Shown one piece after another: positions 49,555-57,346 of a stretch of DNA of 64,000 nucleotides (position 1 is its first letter; each line of letters begins with the position of its first letter). Source of the DNA: an uncultured Acidobacteriota bacterium (GTDB lineage Bacteria; Acidobacteriota; Vicinamibacteria; Vicinamibacterales; SCN-69-37). The stretch spans positions 1,076,729 to 1,140,728 of the forward strand of contig CAWCUZ010000001.1 in NCBI GenBank assembly GCA_963798795.1. Reading direction: 5' to 3'. The position numbers were made by a program, and so were the translations under genes. Under the pieces are notes generated by a model. That model was not told the origin of the DNA. It searched no databases and saw nothing but the letters and a program-made list of their open reading frames with translations.

Positions 49555-50715
49555 ATGTCCTCGAAGTCCCGCTGGGTTATCTTTCTGATTTCGACCCCGC
49601 TCGTCGTGTTCACCGCCGTCGGCGGCCTGCTGGGCGCGTCGGCGGCGCAGTCGGAAAGCTTCACCCATCTGAAGGTGTTCGAGGACGTCGTGTCGCTCAT
49701 CGTCAGCGCCTACGTCGAACCCGTCGATGCCGACAAGGTCATGGAAGGCGCCATGCGCGGCCTGGCCGATGGCCTCGACCCGGCGAGCGCGTACCTGACG
49801 CCCGATGACGTGGCGACGCTCCAGGCGGGCACTCCGCTGCCGGCCGGGGACGTGGGGCTGACGGTCACCCGCCAGTTCTATCTGCGCGTGGTCGGCGTCC
49901 GGGACGGGTCGCCGGCGGCGCGCGCGGGACTGCGGACCGGCGATTACATTCGAGCCATCGACGGCAAGCCGACGCGGGATGTCTCGGCGTTCACCGGCAC
50001 ACGCTGGCTGCATGGCGATCCCGGATCCAAAGTCGAATTGACGGTCATTCGAGGCAACGCAGCCGATCCGCACGTCATGCCCCTGGTCCGCGAGGCACCG
50101 GCCCGGGAACTGGTAACGGGCCGGACGATGCCGACCGGCGAAGGCTACGTGCGCATCGTCAGTTTCCGGGAGGGCGCTGCGGCGGCGCTGCGGAGCCGGA
50201 TCGCGGCACTCCAGAAGTCCGGGGTCGCGATGGCCGTCATCGACCTGCGCGGCGTGGCGGACGGACCGCCGGAGGAAGGCATTGCCGCCGCGCGGCTGTT
50301 CGTCAAAGAGGGGACCATCGCCATCCGCCAGGGCCGCGGCCCCGATCGCACCACCATCGAAGCCGGGTCCGGTGACGGCGCGCTGACGCTGCCGATCGTC
50401 CTGCTCGTGTCGAACGGCACGGCGAATGCCGCCGAGGTTTTTGCGGCCGCCCTCGACGGCCACGACCGGGCGGACCTGGTCGGCGAGCCGACCGCGGGAC
50501 TGGCCGCTCTGCAGCATCTGGTGCTCCTGCCCGAAAATCGCGGCCTGTGGATGACCTACGAGCGCTATCTCACGCTGAACGGCGACCCCCTCCACGAGCG
50601 CGGCTTGCGGCCCGACGTGGTCGTGGAAGAACCGGTCGTCGGATTCGACGAGACGCCGCCGGCCACCGACGAGCCGCTCAACACGGCGCTCGCACGGCTT
50701 CACGGGAAGTCATAA
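49555..50715 (+). CDS. S41 (C-terminal processing peptidase) homologue with a PDZ domain. Both catalytic-dyad positions are substituted.
   Basis: ORF 49537..50715, using ATG 49555 (MSSKSRWVIFLISTPLVVF). The PDZ domain is GLTVTRQFYLRVVGVRDGSPAARAGLRTGDYIRAIDG. The S41 core is VIDLRGVADGP...IVLLVSNGTANAAEVFAAALDGHDRADLVGEPTAGLAALQ, where the family consensus is GSASASE...TFGKGxxQ. Confidence 0.8.
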   Translation: MSSKSRWVIFLISTPLVVFTAVGGLLGASAAQSESFTHLKVFEDVVSLIVSAYVEPVDADKVMEGAMRGLADGLDPASAYLTPDDVATLQAGTPLPAGDVGLTVTRQFYLRVVGVRDGSPAARAGLRTGDYIRAIDGKPTRDVSAFTGTRWLHGDPGSKVELTVIRGNAADPHVMPLVREAPARELVTGRTMPTGEGYVRIVSFREGAAAALRSRIAALQKSGVAMAVIDLRGVADGPPEEGIAAARLFVKEGTIAIRQGRGPDRTTIEAGSGDGALTLPIVLLVSNGTANAAEVFAAALDGHDRADLVGEPTAGLAALQHLVLLPENRGLWMTYERYLTLNGDPLHERGLRPDVVVEEPVVGFDETPPATDEPLNTALARLHGKS

Positions 50716-50842
50716 GGTCCCAAGGTCCGAGGGTTCGCGGAACGAGCCGACGCGTGCCTCATTGTTTGAAAGAAGCTGGCCAGCGTCAGTTCGTTCGTCG
50801 GCCCCTGGGACCTTGGGACTCTGGGACCTTGGGACCTCTGAG
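50714..50842. repeat. Opposed octamer arrays (AAGGTCCC-type vs CCTTGGGA-type) around a 65-nt AT-richer spacer.
   Basis: The left arm is aaggtccc aaggtccg agggttcg (50714-50737), starting inside the TAA stop of the S41 gene. The right arm is cctggga ccttggga ctctggga ccttggga cctctgag (50804-50842). The units are reverse complements of each other. Confidence 0.85.
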
Positions 50843-50891
50843 ATATACTGAACGTTCGCCGTGGGCCCGATGCCTGCGGCAGAGGTGCCGT

Positions 50892-50968
50892 AGGCGCGTA
50901 GCTCAGCTGGTTAGAGCGCCTGCTTGACATGCAGGAGGTCGGCGGTTCGAGTCCGCCCGTGCCTACCA
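50892..50968 (+). tRNA. tRNA-Val (anticodon GAC) with CCA encoded.
   Basis: A cloverleaf can be read by hand. The acceptor stem is aggcgcg/cgtgcct (one G-U pair). The D-arm is gctc-agctggtta-gagc. The anticodon arm is cctgc-ttGACat-gcagg. The variable loop is aggtc. The T-arm is ggcgg-ttcgagt-ccgcc. The discriminator is A, followed by CCA. Confidence 0.9.
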
Positions 50969-50970
50969 AC

Positions 50971-51048
50971 GAACGCTGAACCTGGAACCCGGAACCGAAC
51001 CTGGAACTCTGAACCGAACCGGGAACCCTGAACCGGGAACCCGCAACC
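50971..51048. repeat. Heptamer-phased array with a GAACC core (about 11 copies).
   Basis: gaacg ct gaacc tg gaacc cg gaacc gaacc tg gaact ct gaacc gaacc gg gaacc ct gaacc gg gaacc cg caacc. The array fills the whole gap between tRNA-Val and the thrS GTG at 51053. Confidence 0.85.
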
Positions 51049-51052
51049 TGCC

Positions 51053-52984
51053 GTGTCTGCTTCGATCACAATCACCCTGCCCGATGGATCCCAGCGCCCC
51101 GTGCCGCGCGGCACGACGGTGCAGGCGTTCGCCTCCGAAGCGGTGCCCCCCGGCGTGCTGCGCAAGGCGCTGGCGGCGTCGGTCGACGGCCGCCTCGTGG
51201 ATCTGAACGCTCCGCTCGAGGGGAACGGCACGGTGAAGCTCGTGACGCCGGACGACCCGAACGCGCTGCCGCTCTACCGGCACTCGACGGCGCACCTGCT
51301 CGCGGCGGCGGTGACGCAACTGTTTCCCGGGGCGCAGTGCGGCATCGGACCGGCCACCGACGAGGGCTTCTTCTACGACTTCGTCGTCGACCGGCCGTTC
51401 GTGCCGGAGGATCTGGAGCAGATCGAGGCGCGGATGCGGGAACTGGCGCGCGAGGACCTGCCGTACGAGCGGCAAATGTGGCCGCGCGACGAGGCCATCG
51501 CGTTCTTCACCGAACGCGGCGAGCCACTGAAGGTGCAGCTCATCGAAGAGAAGACCGCCGGCCAGCGCACCGTCTCCTGCTACGCGATCAAGGATCGCGA
51601 GACCTTCGTGGATTTCTGCATCGGGCCGCACGTGCCGTCCACCGGCCGGCTGAAGGCGTTCAAGCTGCTCAATGCCTCGAACGCCTACTGGAAGGGCGAT
51701 GCGCACAACCAGCCGATGCAGCGGATCTCCGGCACGGCCTTCTTCAAGGAAGACGAGCTGAAGCAGCATCTGCATCGGATCGAGGAAGCGAAGAAGCGCG
51801 ACCACCGCAGGCTCGGGCGCGAGCTTGGCCTCTTCATGTTCCATCCCTGGTCGCCGGGCGCCGCGTTCTGGCTGGGCAAGGGGACGACGCTCTACAACCT
51901 CCTCGCCGCGTACATGCGCGGGGTGCTCTTCCCGGCGGGCTACCAGGAAGTCAAGACGCCGCTCGTCTACAACAAGGCGCTCTGGGAGACGTCGGGCCAC
52001 TGGCAGCACTACCGCAAGAACATGTTCCTGGTGGAGTCCGAGGACGCCGAGATGGGCTTCAAGGCCATGAACTGCCCCGGCCACATGCTGGTGTTCGCGC
52101 AGGAGACCCGCAGTTATCGCGACCTCCCGCTGCGCCTCCACGAACAGACGCCGCTCCATCGCAACGAGGCCTCGGGCGTGCTGTCGGGCCTCACGCGCGT
52201 CCGGCAGTTCGCTCAGGACGACGCGCACTGCTTCGTCATGGAGTCGCAGATCGGCGAGGAGGTCGAGCGGCTGCTCGGCCTCGTCAAGCGGGTCTACGGC
52301 GACTTCGGCCTCGAGTACGACGTCAAGCTGTCGACCCGGCCCGAGGAGTATCTCGGCGAGCGGGCCACCTGGGACCACGCCGAAGCGGAGTTGAAGAACG
52401 CGCTCGAGGCCGCCGGCGTGCCGTATCGGATCAACGACGGCGACGGCGCGTTCTACGGCCCCAAGGTCGACTTCGACGTCAGGGACGCCATCGGCCGGAC
52501 GTGGCAGTGCGCTACCATCCAGCTCGACTACCAGATCCCCACGCGCTTCGACCTGAAGTACATCGGGGCCGACAACGCCGAACACCGTCCGGTGGTCATC
52601 CACCGCGCGATCTTCGGCAGTTTCGAGCGGTTCATCGCGCTCCTCATCGAGCACTACGCGGGCGCGTTCCCGCTCTGGCTGGCGCCCGTCCAGGCGATCG
52701 TGCTGCCGATCGCCGACCGGCACGCGCCCTACGCCGGGACGGTCCGCGACCGGCTGGCCGTGGCCGGGCTGCGCGTCGAACTGGACGGACGGCAGGAGAA
52801 GATTGGTTATAAGATTCGGGAAGCCCAGCTGCAGAAGGTGCCGTACATGCTCGTCATCGGCGACCGGGAAGCGGCCGAAGGCACGGTGGCGGTGCGGAGC
52901 CGCGCCGCGGGCGATCAGGGTGCCCGCGCGGTGGAGGCGTTTCTCGACGCGGCGCGCGCCGAGATCGCGGAGCGGCGTTCCTAG
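51053..52984 (+). CDS. thrS: Threonine--tRNA ligase.
   Basis: ORF of 643 aa, intact, with a GTG start. It has a TGS domain (ITLPDGSQRPVPRGTTV), HSTAHLLAAAV, FCIGPHVPSTG, RDHRRLGRELGLF, MNCPGH, and RVRQFAQDDAHCF. Confidence 0.95.
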   Translation: MSASITITLPDGSQRPVPRGTTVQAFASEAVPPGVLRKALAASVDGRLVDLNAPLEGNGTVKLVTPDDPNALPLYRHSTAHLLAAAVTQLFPGAQCGIGPATDEGFFYDFVVDRPFVPEDLEQIEARMRELAREDLPYERQMWPRDEAIAFFTERGEPLKVQLIEEKTAGQRTVSCYAIKDRETFVDFCIGPHVPSTGRLKAFKLLNASNAYWKGDAHNQPMQRISGTAFFKEDELKQHLHRIEEAKKRDHRRLGRELGLFMFHPWSPGAAFWLGKGTTLYNLLAAYMRGVLFPAGYQEVKTPLVYNKALWETSGHWQHYRKNMFLVESEDAEMGFKAMNCPGHMLVFAQETRSYRDLPLRLHEQTPLHRNEASGVLSGLTRVRQFAQDDAHCFVMESQIGEEVERLLGLVKRVYGDFGLEYDVKLSTRPEEYLGERATWDHAEAELKNALEAAGVPYRINDGDGAFYGPKVDFDVRDAIGRTWQCATIQLDYQIPTRFDLKYIGADNAEHRPVVIHRAIFGSFERFIALLIEHYAGAFPLWLAPVQAIVLPIADRHAPYAGTVRDRLAVAGLRVELDGRQEKIGYKIREAQLQKVPYMLVIGDREAAEGTVAVRSRAAGDQGARAVEAFLDAARAEIAERRS

Positions 52985-52993
52985 GAGGTAGTT

Positions 52994-53566
52994 ATCGCTT
53001 ACGACCGCGGACCCCGGCGCGACGACCGCGTCCGGATCAACGAACGGATTCGGGTGCGCGAAATCCGCGTCATCGACGACGGCGGCGAGCAGCTCGGCAT
53101 CATGCCGCCGCCGCAGGCGCTTCAGTTGGCGCGCAGCAAGGGACTCGACCTGGTCGAGATCTCGCCCACGGCCATGCCGCCGGTCTGCCGGATCATGGAC
53201 TTCGGGAAGTACCAGTACGACCAGCAGAAGCGCGCGAGGGCCGCGCGCAAGCACCAGCGGACGATCGAGGTCAAGGAGATCAAGTTCCGCCCGAAGGTGG
53301 ACGAGCACGACTATCAGTTCAAGAAGAAGCACATCGAGCGCTTCCTCGCGGAGGGGGACAAGGTCAAAGCGACGATCTTCTTCCGCGGACGCGAGAACGC
53401 GCACCCGGAAATCGGCCGGCGGATTCTCGACCGGCTGACGATGGAACTGAGCGACGTGGCCGTCATCGAGTCGGAACCGCAGAAGGAAGGCAACCAGCTC
53501 CATACGATCCTCGCCCCGCGCCCCGGTGCGCGGCGCGCCGTCGCGGCGGAGCGAAGCGGGGTCTGA
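52994..53566 (+). CDS. infC: Translation initiation factor IF-3, probably with a non-canonical ATC start.
   Basis: Track ORF 53054..53566 begins at an internal GTG. The same frame is open back to the thrS TAG and encodes IAYDRGPRRDDRVRINERIRVREIRVIDDGGEQLGI, which matches the conserved IF-3 N-terminus (RIN.EIR..EVRL). The only start-like codon is ATC at 52994, 5 nt after AGGAGG (52983-52988). Confidence 0.8.
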   Translation: MAYDRGPRRDDRVRINERIRVREIRVIDDGGEQLGIMPPPQALQLARSKGLDLVEISPTAMPPVCRIMDFGKYQYDQQKRARAARKHQRTIEVKEIKFRPKVDEHDYQFKKKHIERFLAEGDKVKATIFFRGRENAHPEIGRRILDRLTMELSDVAVIESEPQKEGNQLHTILAPRPGARRAVAAERSGV

Positions 53567-53607
53567 CCCGGTGACGAAGCGGGGCTGACCCTCTGACGGA
53601 AACACCT

Positions 53608-53805
53608 ATGCCGAAACTCAAAACGCACCGAGGCGCCGCCAAGCGCTTCAAGAAGACCGGCACCGGCAAGATCAAGCGCACGAAGGCGTTCCGGCGCCAC
53701 ATCCTGACGAGCAAGCCGAAGCAGCGCAAGCGCCACATGCGCGGCATGGAGATCGTGTCTCCCGCCGACGCGCCGCGCCTCAAGCGCATGCTTCCCTACG
53801 ACTGA
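53608..53805 (+). CDS. rpmI: 50S ribosomal protein L35.
   Basis: ORF of 65 aa: [36 protein letters not shown]. Confidence 0.95.
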   Translation: MPKLKTHRGAAKRFKKTGTGKIKRTKAFRRHILTSKPKQRKRHMRGMEIVSPADAPRLKRMLPYD

Positions 53806-53812
53806 GGTCGCC

Positions 53813-54181
53813 ATGCCCCGCGTAAAACGAGGAACCGTCCGGCGCGCCAAGCGCAAGAAGCTGCTCAAGCGCACCAAGGGCTTCTACGCCAACAAGAGCA
53901 AGCTCTATCGCGCCGCCAAGGAGGCCGCCGACAAGGCCCTCAGCTACGCCTATGCCGGGCGGCGCCGCAAGAAACGCGATTTCCGCCGGCTGTGGGTCGT
54001 GCGCATCAACGCCGCGGCTCGCGAGAACGGCCTGACCTACGGACAGTTGATCAACGGCCTCAAAGCCGCCGGCGTCGGGCTCGATCGCAAGAGCCTCGCC
54101 GAGCTGGCCGTCCACCATCCGGCGGCCTTCGCCCGCGTGGCCGAGCAGGCGCGCGGGGCCCAGCCCGCCCGGCCCGCCTAG
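53813..54181 (+). CDS. rplT: 50S ribosomal protein L20.
   Basis: ORF of 122 aa: MPRVKRGTVRRAKRKKLLKRTKGFYANKSKLYRAAKEA...RRRKKRDFRRLWVVRINAAAR. Confidence 0.95.
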   Translation: MPRVKRGTVRRAKRKKLLKRTKGFYANKSKLYRAAKEAADKALSYAYAGRRRKKRDFRRLWVVRINAAARENGLTYGQLINGLKAAGVGLDRKSLAELAVHHPAAFARVAEQARGAQPARPA

Positions 54182-54232
54182 CGCCCGCACCCCGGCGGCC
54201 CCGACGGGACGCCGGGACCGGCCGGTCGCCTC

Positions 54233-55285
54233 ATGACGGAGTCCGATCCCGAGATCCAGCGCATCCGCGACCGCTTCGACGAAGCGATGGCGGCGGTGCG
54301 CTCGCTCGAGGAATTGACGGCCGTCCGTCACCGATTCCTCAACCGCACCGACGGCGAGGCCACGACGGCGGTGAAGGCCATCGCGAGCCGGCCGCCCGAG
54401 GCGCGCCGCACGTTCGGCGCCGAGGCCAACGCGCTCAAGCGCGAGATCGAAGCGGGGCTCGGCGCGCGCGAAGCCGTCCTGCGCGCCGGCGCGCCCGTGG
54501 CCGGCGCCATCGACCTCACGCTGGCGCCGCGGACGCCGACCGCCGGACGCCGGCATCCACTCACCCAGGTGCGCGAGCGGATCGAAGACATCTTCCTGGA
54601 GATGGGCTACGCGATCATCGAGGGCCCGGAGCTCGAGGACGACTGGCACAACTTCGAGGCCTTGAACATGCCGCCCGAGCATCCGGCGCGCGACATGCAG
54701 GACACGCTCTACCTGGCCGCGCCGCTGCCGGTGGCCGGCCCGCGGCCCGCCACCCTGCTCCGCACCCACACGTCGGGCATGCAGATCCGCCACATGGAAT
54801 CCACCTCGCCGCCGATCCGCGTGATCGCGCCGGGCCGCGTGTATCGGCGCGACAACTTCGACGCGACCCATACGCCGATGTTCACGCAGGTGGAGGGACT
54901 GGTCGTCGACGAGGGCGTGAGCCTCGGCGACTTGAAGGGCACCCTCCAGGCGTTCGCCGACCGGTTCTTCGATACCCACGTCGCCACGCGGTTTCGCCCC
55001 AGCTTCTTTCCGTACACCGAGCCATCGGCCGAGCTGGACGTCCAATGCCAGGGCTGTCATGGCGCCGGGTGCCCGCTCTGCAAACAGACCGGCTGGCTCG
55101 AAGTGCTCGGGTGCGGGATGGTGCATCCGGCCGTGTTCGAGGCCGTCGGCTACGATGCCGACCGCTACACGGGGTTCGCGTTCGGCGTCGGCATCGAGCG
55201 CCTGGCGCTGCGGCTCTACGGCGTCGACGACATCCGGATGTTCTACGAGAACGACCTGCGCTTCCTGACCCAGTTGCCGCTGTGA
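54233..55285 (+). CDS. pheS: Phenylalanine--tRNA ligase alpha subunit.
   Basis: ORF of 350 aa with HPLTQVRERIEDIFLEMGY, FEALNMPPEHPARDMQDTLY, LLRTHTSGMQIR, GRVYRRDNFDATHTPMFTQVEGL, FRPSFFPYTEPSAE and GFAFGVGIERLA. Confidence 0.95.
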   Translation: MTESDPEIQRIRDRFDEAMAAVRSLEELTAVRHRFLNRTDGEATTAVKAIASRPPEARRTFGAEANALKREIEAGLGAREAVLRAGAPVAGAIDLTLAPRTPTAGRRHPLTQVRERIEDIFLEMGYAIIEGPELEDDWHNFEALNMPPEHPARDMQDTLYLAAPLPVAGPRPATLLRTHTSGMQIRHMESTSPPIRVIAPGRVYRRDNFDATHTPMFTQVEGLVVDEGVSLGDLKGTLQAFADRFFDTHVATRFRPSFFPYTEPSAELDVQCQGCHGAGCPLCKQTGWLEVLGCGMVHPAVFEAVGYDADRYTGFAFGVGIERLALRLYGVDDIRMFYENDLRFLTQLPL

Positions 55286-57327
55286 AGGTTCCGCTGTCCT
55301 GGCTTCGTGAATTCGTGGACGTGCCCGCCGATCCCGCGGTCGTCGCGGCGCGGCTGGCGGCGTGCGGCTTCGAGGTCGCCGGCATCGAGGGCGACGTGAT
55401 CGACTTCGAGATCACGGCGAATCGACCCGACTGCCTGAGCGTCTACGGCCTGGCGCGCGAAGCCGCGGCCGCATTCGACCGCCCCCTCGCGCCGCTCGAT
55501 GCGACCCTGCCGGCCCGGCCGGCAGAGGACGCCGCCCGCGTGCCGGTCACCATCGAGAGCGCCGCGTGCGGCCGTTACGTGCTGGCCGGCGCCACCGTCA
55601 CCGTGACGCCCTCGCCCGGCTGGCTGGCCGATCGGCTGGCCGCCGCCGGCGTCCGGCCGATCAACAGCGTCGTCGACGCCACCAACTACGTGATGCTCGA
55701 GATGGGCCATCCGATGCACGCCTTCGACGCCTCGCGGCTGGCGGGGCCGGAACTCCACGTCCGGCTCGCGCGCCCGGGTGAACGCCTGACGACGCTCGAC
55801 GGGCAGACGCGCTCGCTCGACGAGCGGATGCTGGTCATTGCCGACCGAGACCGCGCCGTGGCGGTGGCCGGGGTCATGGGCGGCGCAGCGTCGGAAGTCT
55901 CGGACGCCACGCGGCGGATCGCCATCGAGAGCGCCTGGTTCGAACCGGCATCAGTGCGCGCCACGAGCCGGCGGCTCGGCCTCCAGTCCGAAGCGTCCGC
56001 GCGCTTCGAGCGCGGCGCGGATCCGAACGGGCCCGCCGCGGCCGTCGCGCGGGCGCTCGCGCTGCTGGTCCGCCTGGATGCCGGCGTCTCCATTGGTGAC
56101 GTCGTCGACGTCTGGCCGCGGCCCGCGACGCCGCGCACGGTCCGCCTGACGCGCGCGGCGCTCGATCGGCTGCTCGGCGCCGCGGTGCCGGACGCCGACG
56201 TCGGCCGGATCCTCACGCGGCTCGGTTTCGGCATCTCGCCGGCGGCAGAGGGCTGGCGGGTCGAGGTGCCCACTTTCCGCGTCGACGTATCGCGCGAGGC
56301 GGATCTCATCGAGGAAGTCGGCCGGCATTGGGGCTTCGACCGGGTCACTCCCAGGTTTCCGGCGCTGCGGACCGCGCCGCGCCCCAGTGCGCCGACCGTG
56401 GCCCTGGCGCGCCGCATCCGCCGCCTGCTCGCCGGCGCCGGCCTGCAGGAGGCCGCTACGTTCAGCTTCCTCGAGCACGCTGCGGCCGAGCCGTTCGTGG
56501 CTGACGCCGCGACGCTCGCGCCCATCGCGAATCCCCTGTCGGAGAAGTTCGCCGTGCTGCGGCCATCGCTGCTGCCGGGTCTGCTCGACGCCGTCGCCTA
56601 CAACACCCGCCGCGGCACACGCGACGTCCGGCTCTTCGAGATCGGCTCCGTCTTCTCGGCCGGCGGCGAGCGGTTGCAGATCGGATGGCTGGTCACCGGC
56701 GCCTGGGGCGCGCACTGGAGCGGATCCGGTCACCCGGCCGACGCGTTCGACGCCACCGGCGTGGCGCACCTGATCGCCGCCGCCCTCGACCTCACGCTCG
56801 AAATCCGGCCGTCCGGCGACCTCCCGGGCCTCGTGGCCGGGCGCTGCGCGCGCCTCCTGGCCACGAACGACGGGCGAACGGCGCCGTTCGGAGTCGTCGG
56901 GCAGATCGATCCCCGGGCCGCGGCAGCGCGCGGCGTGCCGGCGGCCGACGAGGTCTTCGGTGGCGTCCTCGATCTGGTGCTCGACGAGGCACTCGTCGAG
57001 GCCGCCGGTCGCGCGCGGCCCATCGCGCCGCTGCCCCGCCACCCGTCGATCGTCCGCGATCTGTCGATCGTGGTCGACGAACGCTTGCCAGCCGACTCGG
57101 TTCGTGGCACTATCCGGGCCAACGCGCCGTCCACGCTCGCGGACGTGCGCGAGTTCGATCGGTACCAGGGCAAAGGCGTCGCGTCCGGCCGGGTCAGCCT
57201 GTCGATGCGTCTCACGTTCCGGGATCCCGATCGCACGCTGACCGACAGTGAAGTGCGGCAGGCTGTCGACGCGATCGTCGCCGCGCTCGCGCGGGAGCAC
57301 GGCGCCACGCTGCGCGGCCTCCCTTGA
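55282..57327 (+). CDS. pheT: Phenylalanine--tRNA ligase beta subunit (short form, 681 aa).
   Basis: The GTG overlaps the pheS stop, in the frame of track ORF 53992..57327. It has VKVPLSWLREFVDVP, FEITANRPDCLSVYGLAREAAA, the B3/4 domain (INSVVDATNYVMLEMGHPMHAFD), the B5 domain, and a C-terminal FDX-ACB-like domain (RHPSIVRDLSIVVDE...FDRYQGKGV...SLSMRLTFRDPDRTLTDSEV). Confidence 0.9.
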   Translation: MKVPLSWLREFVDVPADPAVVAARLAACGFEVAGIEGDVIDFEITANRPDCLSVYGLAREAAAAFDRPLAPLDATLPARPAEDAARVPVTIESAACGRYVLAGATVTVTPSPGWLADRLAAAGVRPINSVVDATNYVMLEMGHPMHAFDASRLAGPELHVRLARPGERLTTLDGQTRSLDERMLVIADRDRAVAVAGVMGGAASEVSDATRRIAIESAWFEPASVRATSRRLGLQSEASARFERGADPNGPAAAVARALALLVRLDAGVSIGDVVDVWPRPATPRTVRLTRAALDRLLGAAVPDADVGRILTRLGFGISPAAEGWRVEVPTFRVDVSREADLIEEVGRHWGFDRVTPRFPALRTAPRPSAPTVALARRIRRLLAGAGLQEAATFSFLEHAAAEPFVADAATLAPIANPLSEKFAVLRPSLLPGLLDAVAYNTRRGTRDVRLFEIGSVFSAGGERLQIGWLVTGAWGAHWSGSGHPADAFDATGVAHLIAAALDLTLEIRPSGDLPGLVAGRCARLLATNDGRTAPFGVVGQIDPRAAAARGVPAADEVFGGVLDLVLDEALVEAAGRARPIAPLPRHPSIVRDLSIVVDERLPADSVRGTIRANAPSTLADVREFDRYQGKGVASGRVSLSMRLTFRDPDRTLTDSEVRQAVDAIVAALAREHGATLRGLP

Positions 57328-57346
57328 GATGAGAGCGGAGTGACCG

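Noticed and set aside
50700-50969. 89-aa ORF on the minus strand at the tRNA locus (MVGTGGLEPPTSCMSSRRSNQLSYAP...).
   Set aside because: This peptide is the well-known antisense translation of a tRNA gene. The plus strand folds into a complete tRNA-Val cloverleaf.
6411-51048. CRISPR interpretation of the tandem arrays.
   Set aside because: The units are 7-9 nt and directly abutting, with no unique spacers. No cas genes are present in the window.
50963-53605. 880-aa ORF antisense to thrS and infC. Similar cases are 55951..57366 (-) antisense to pheT and 59849..61387 (+) antisense to the ABC exporter.
   Set aside because: The same reasoning applies. The opposite strands encode unambiguous ThrRS/IF-3, PheT and ABC proteins.
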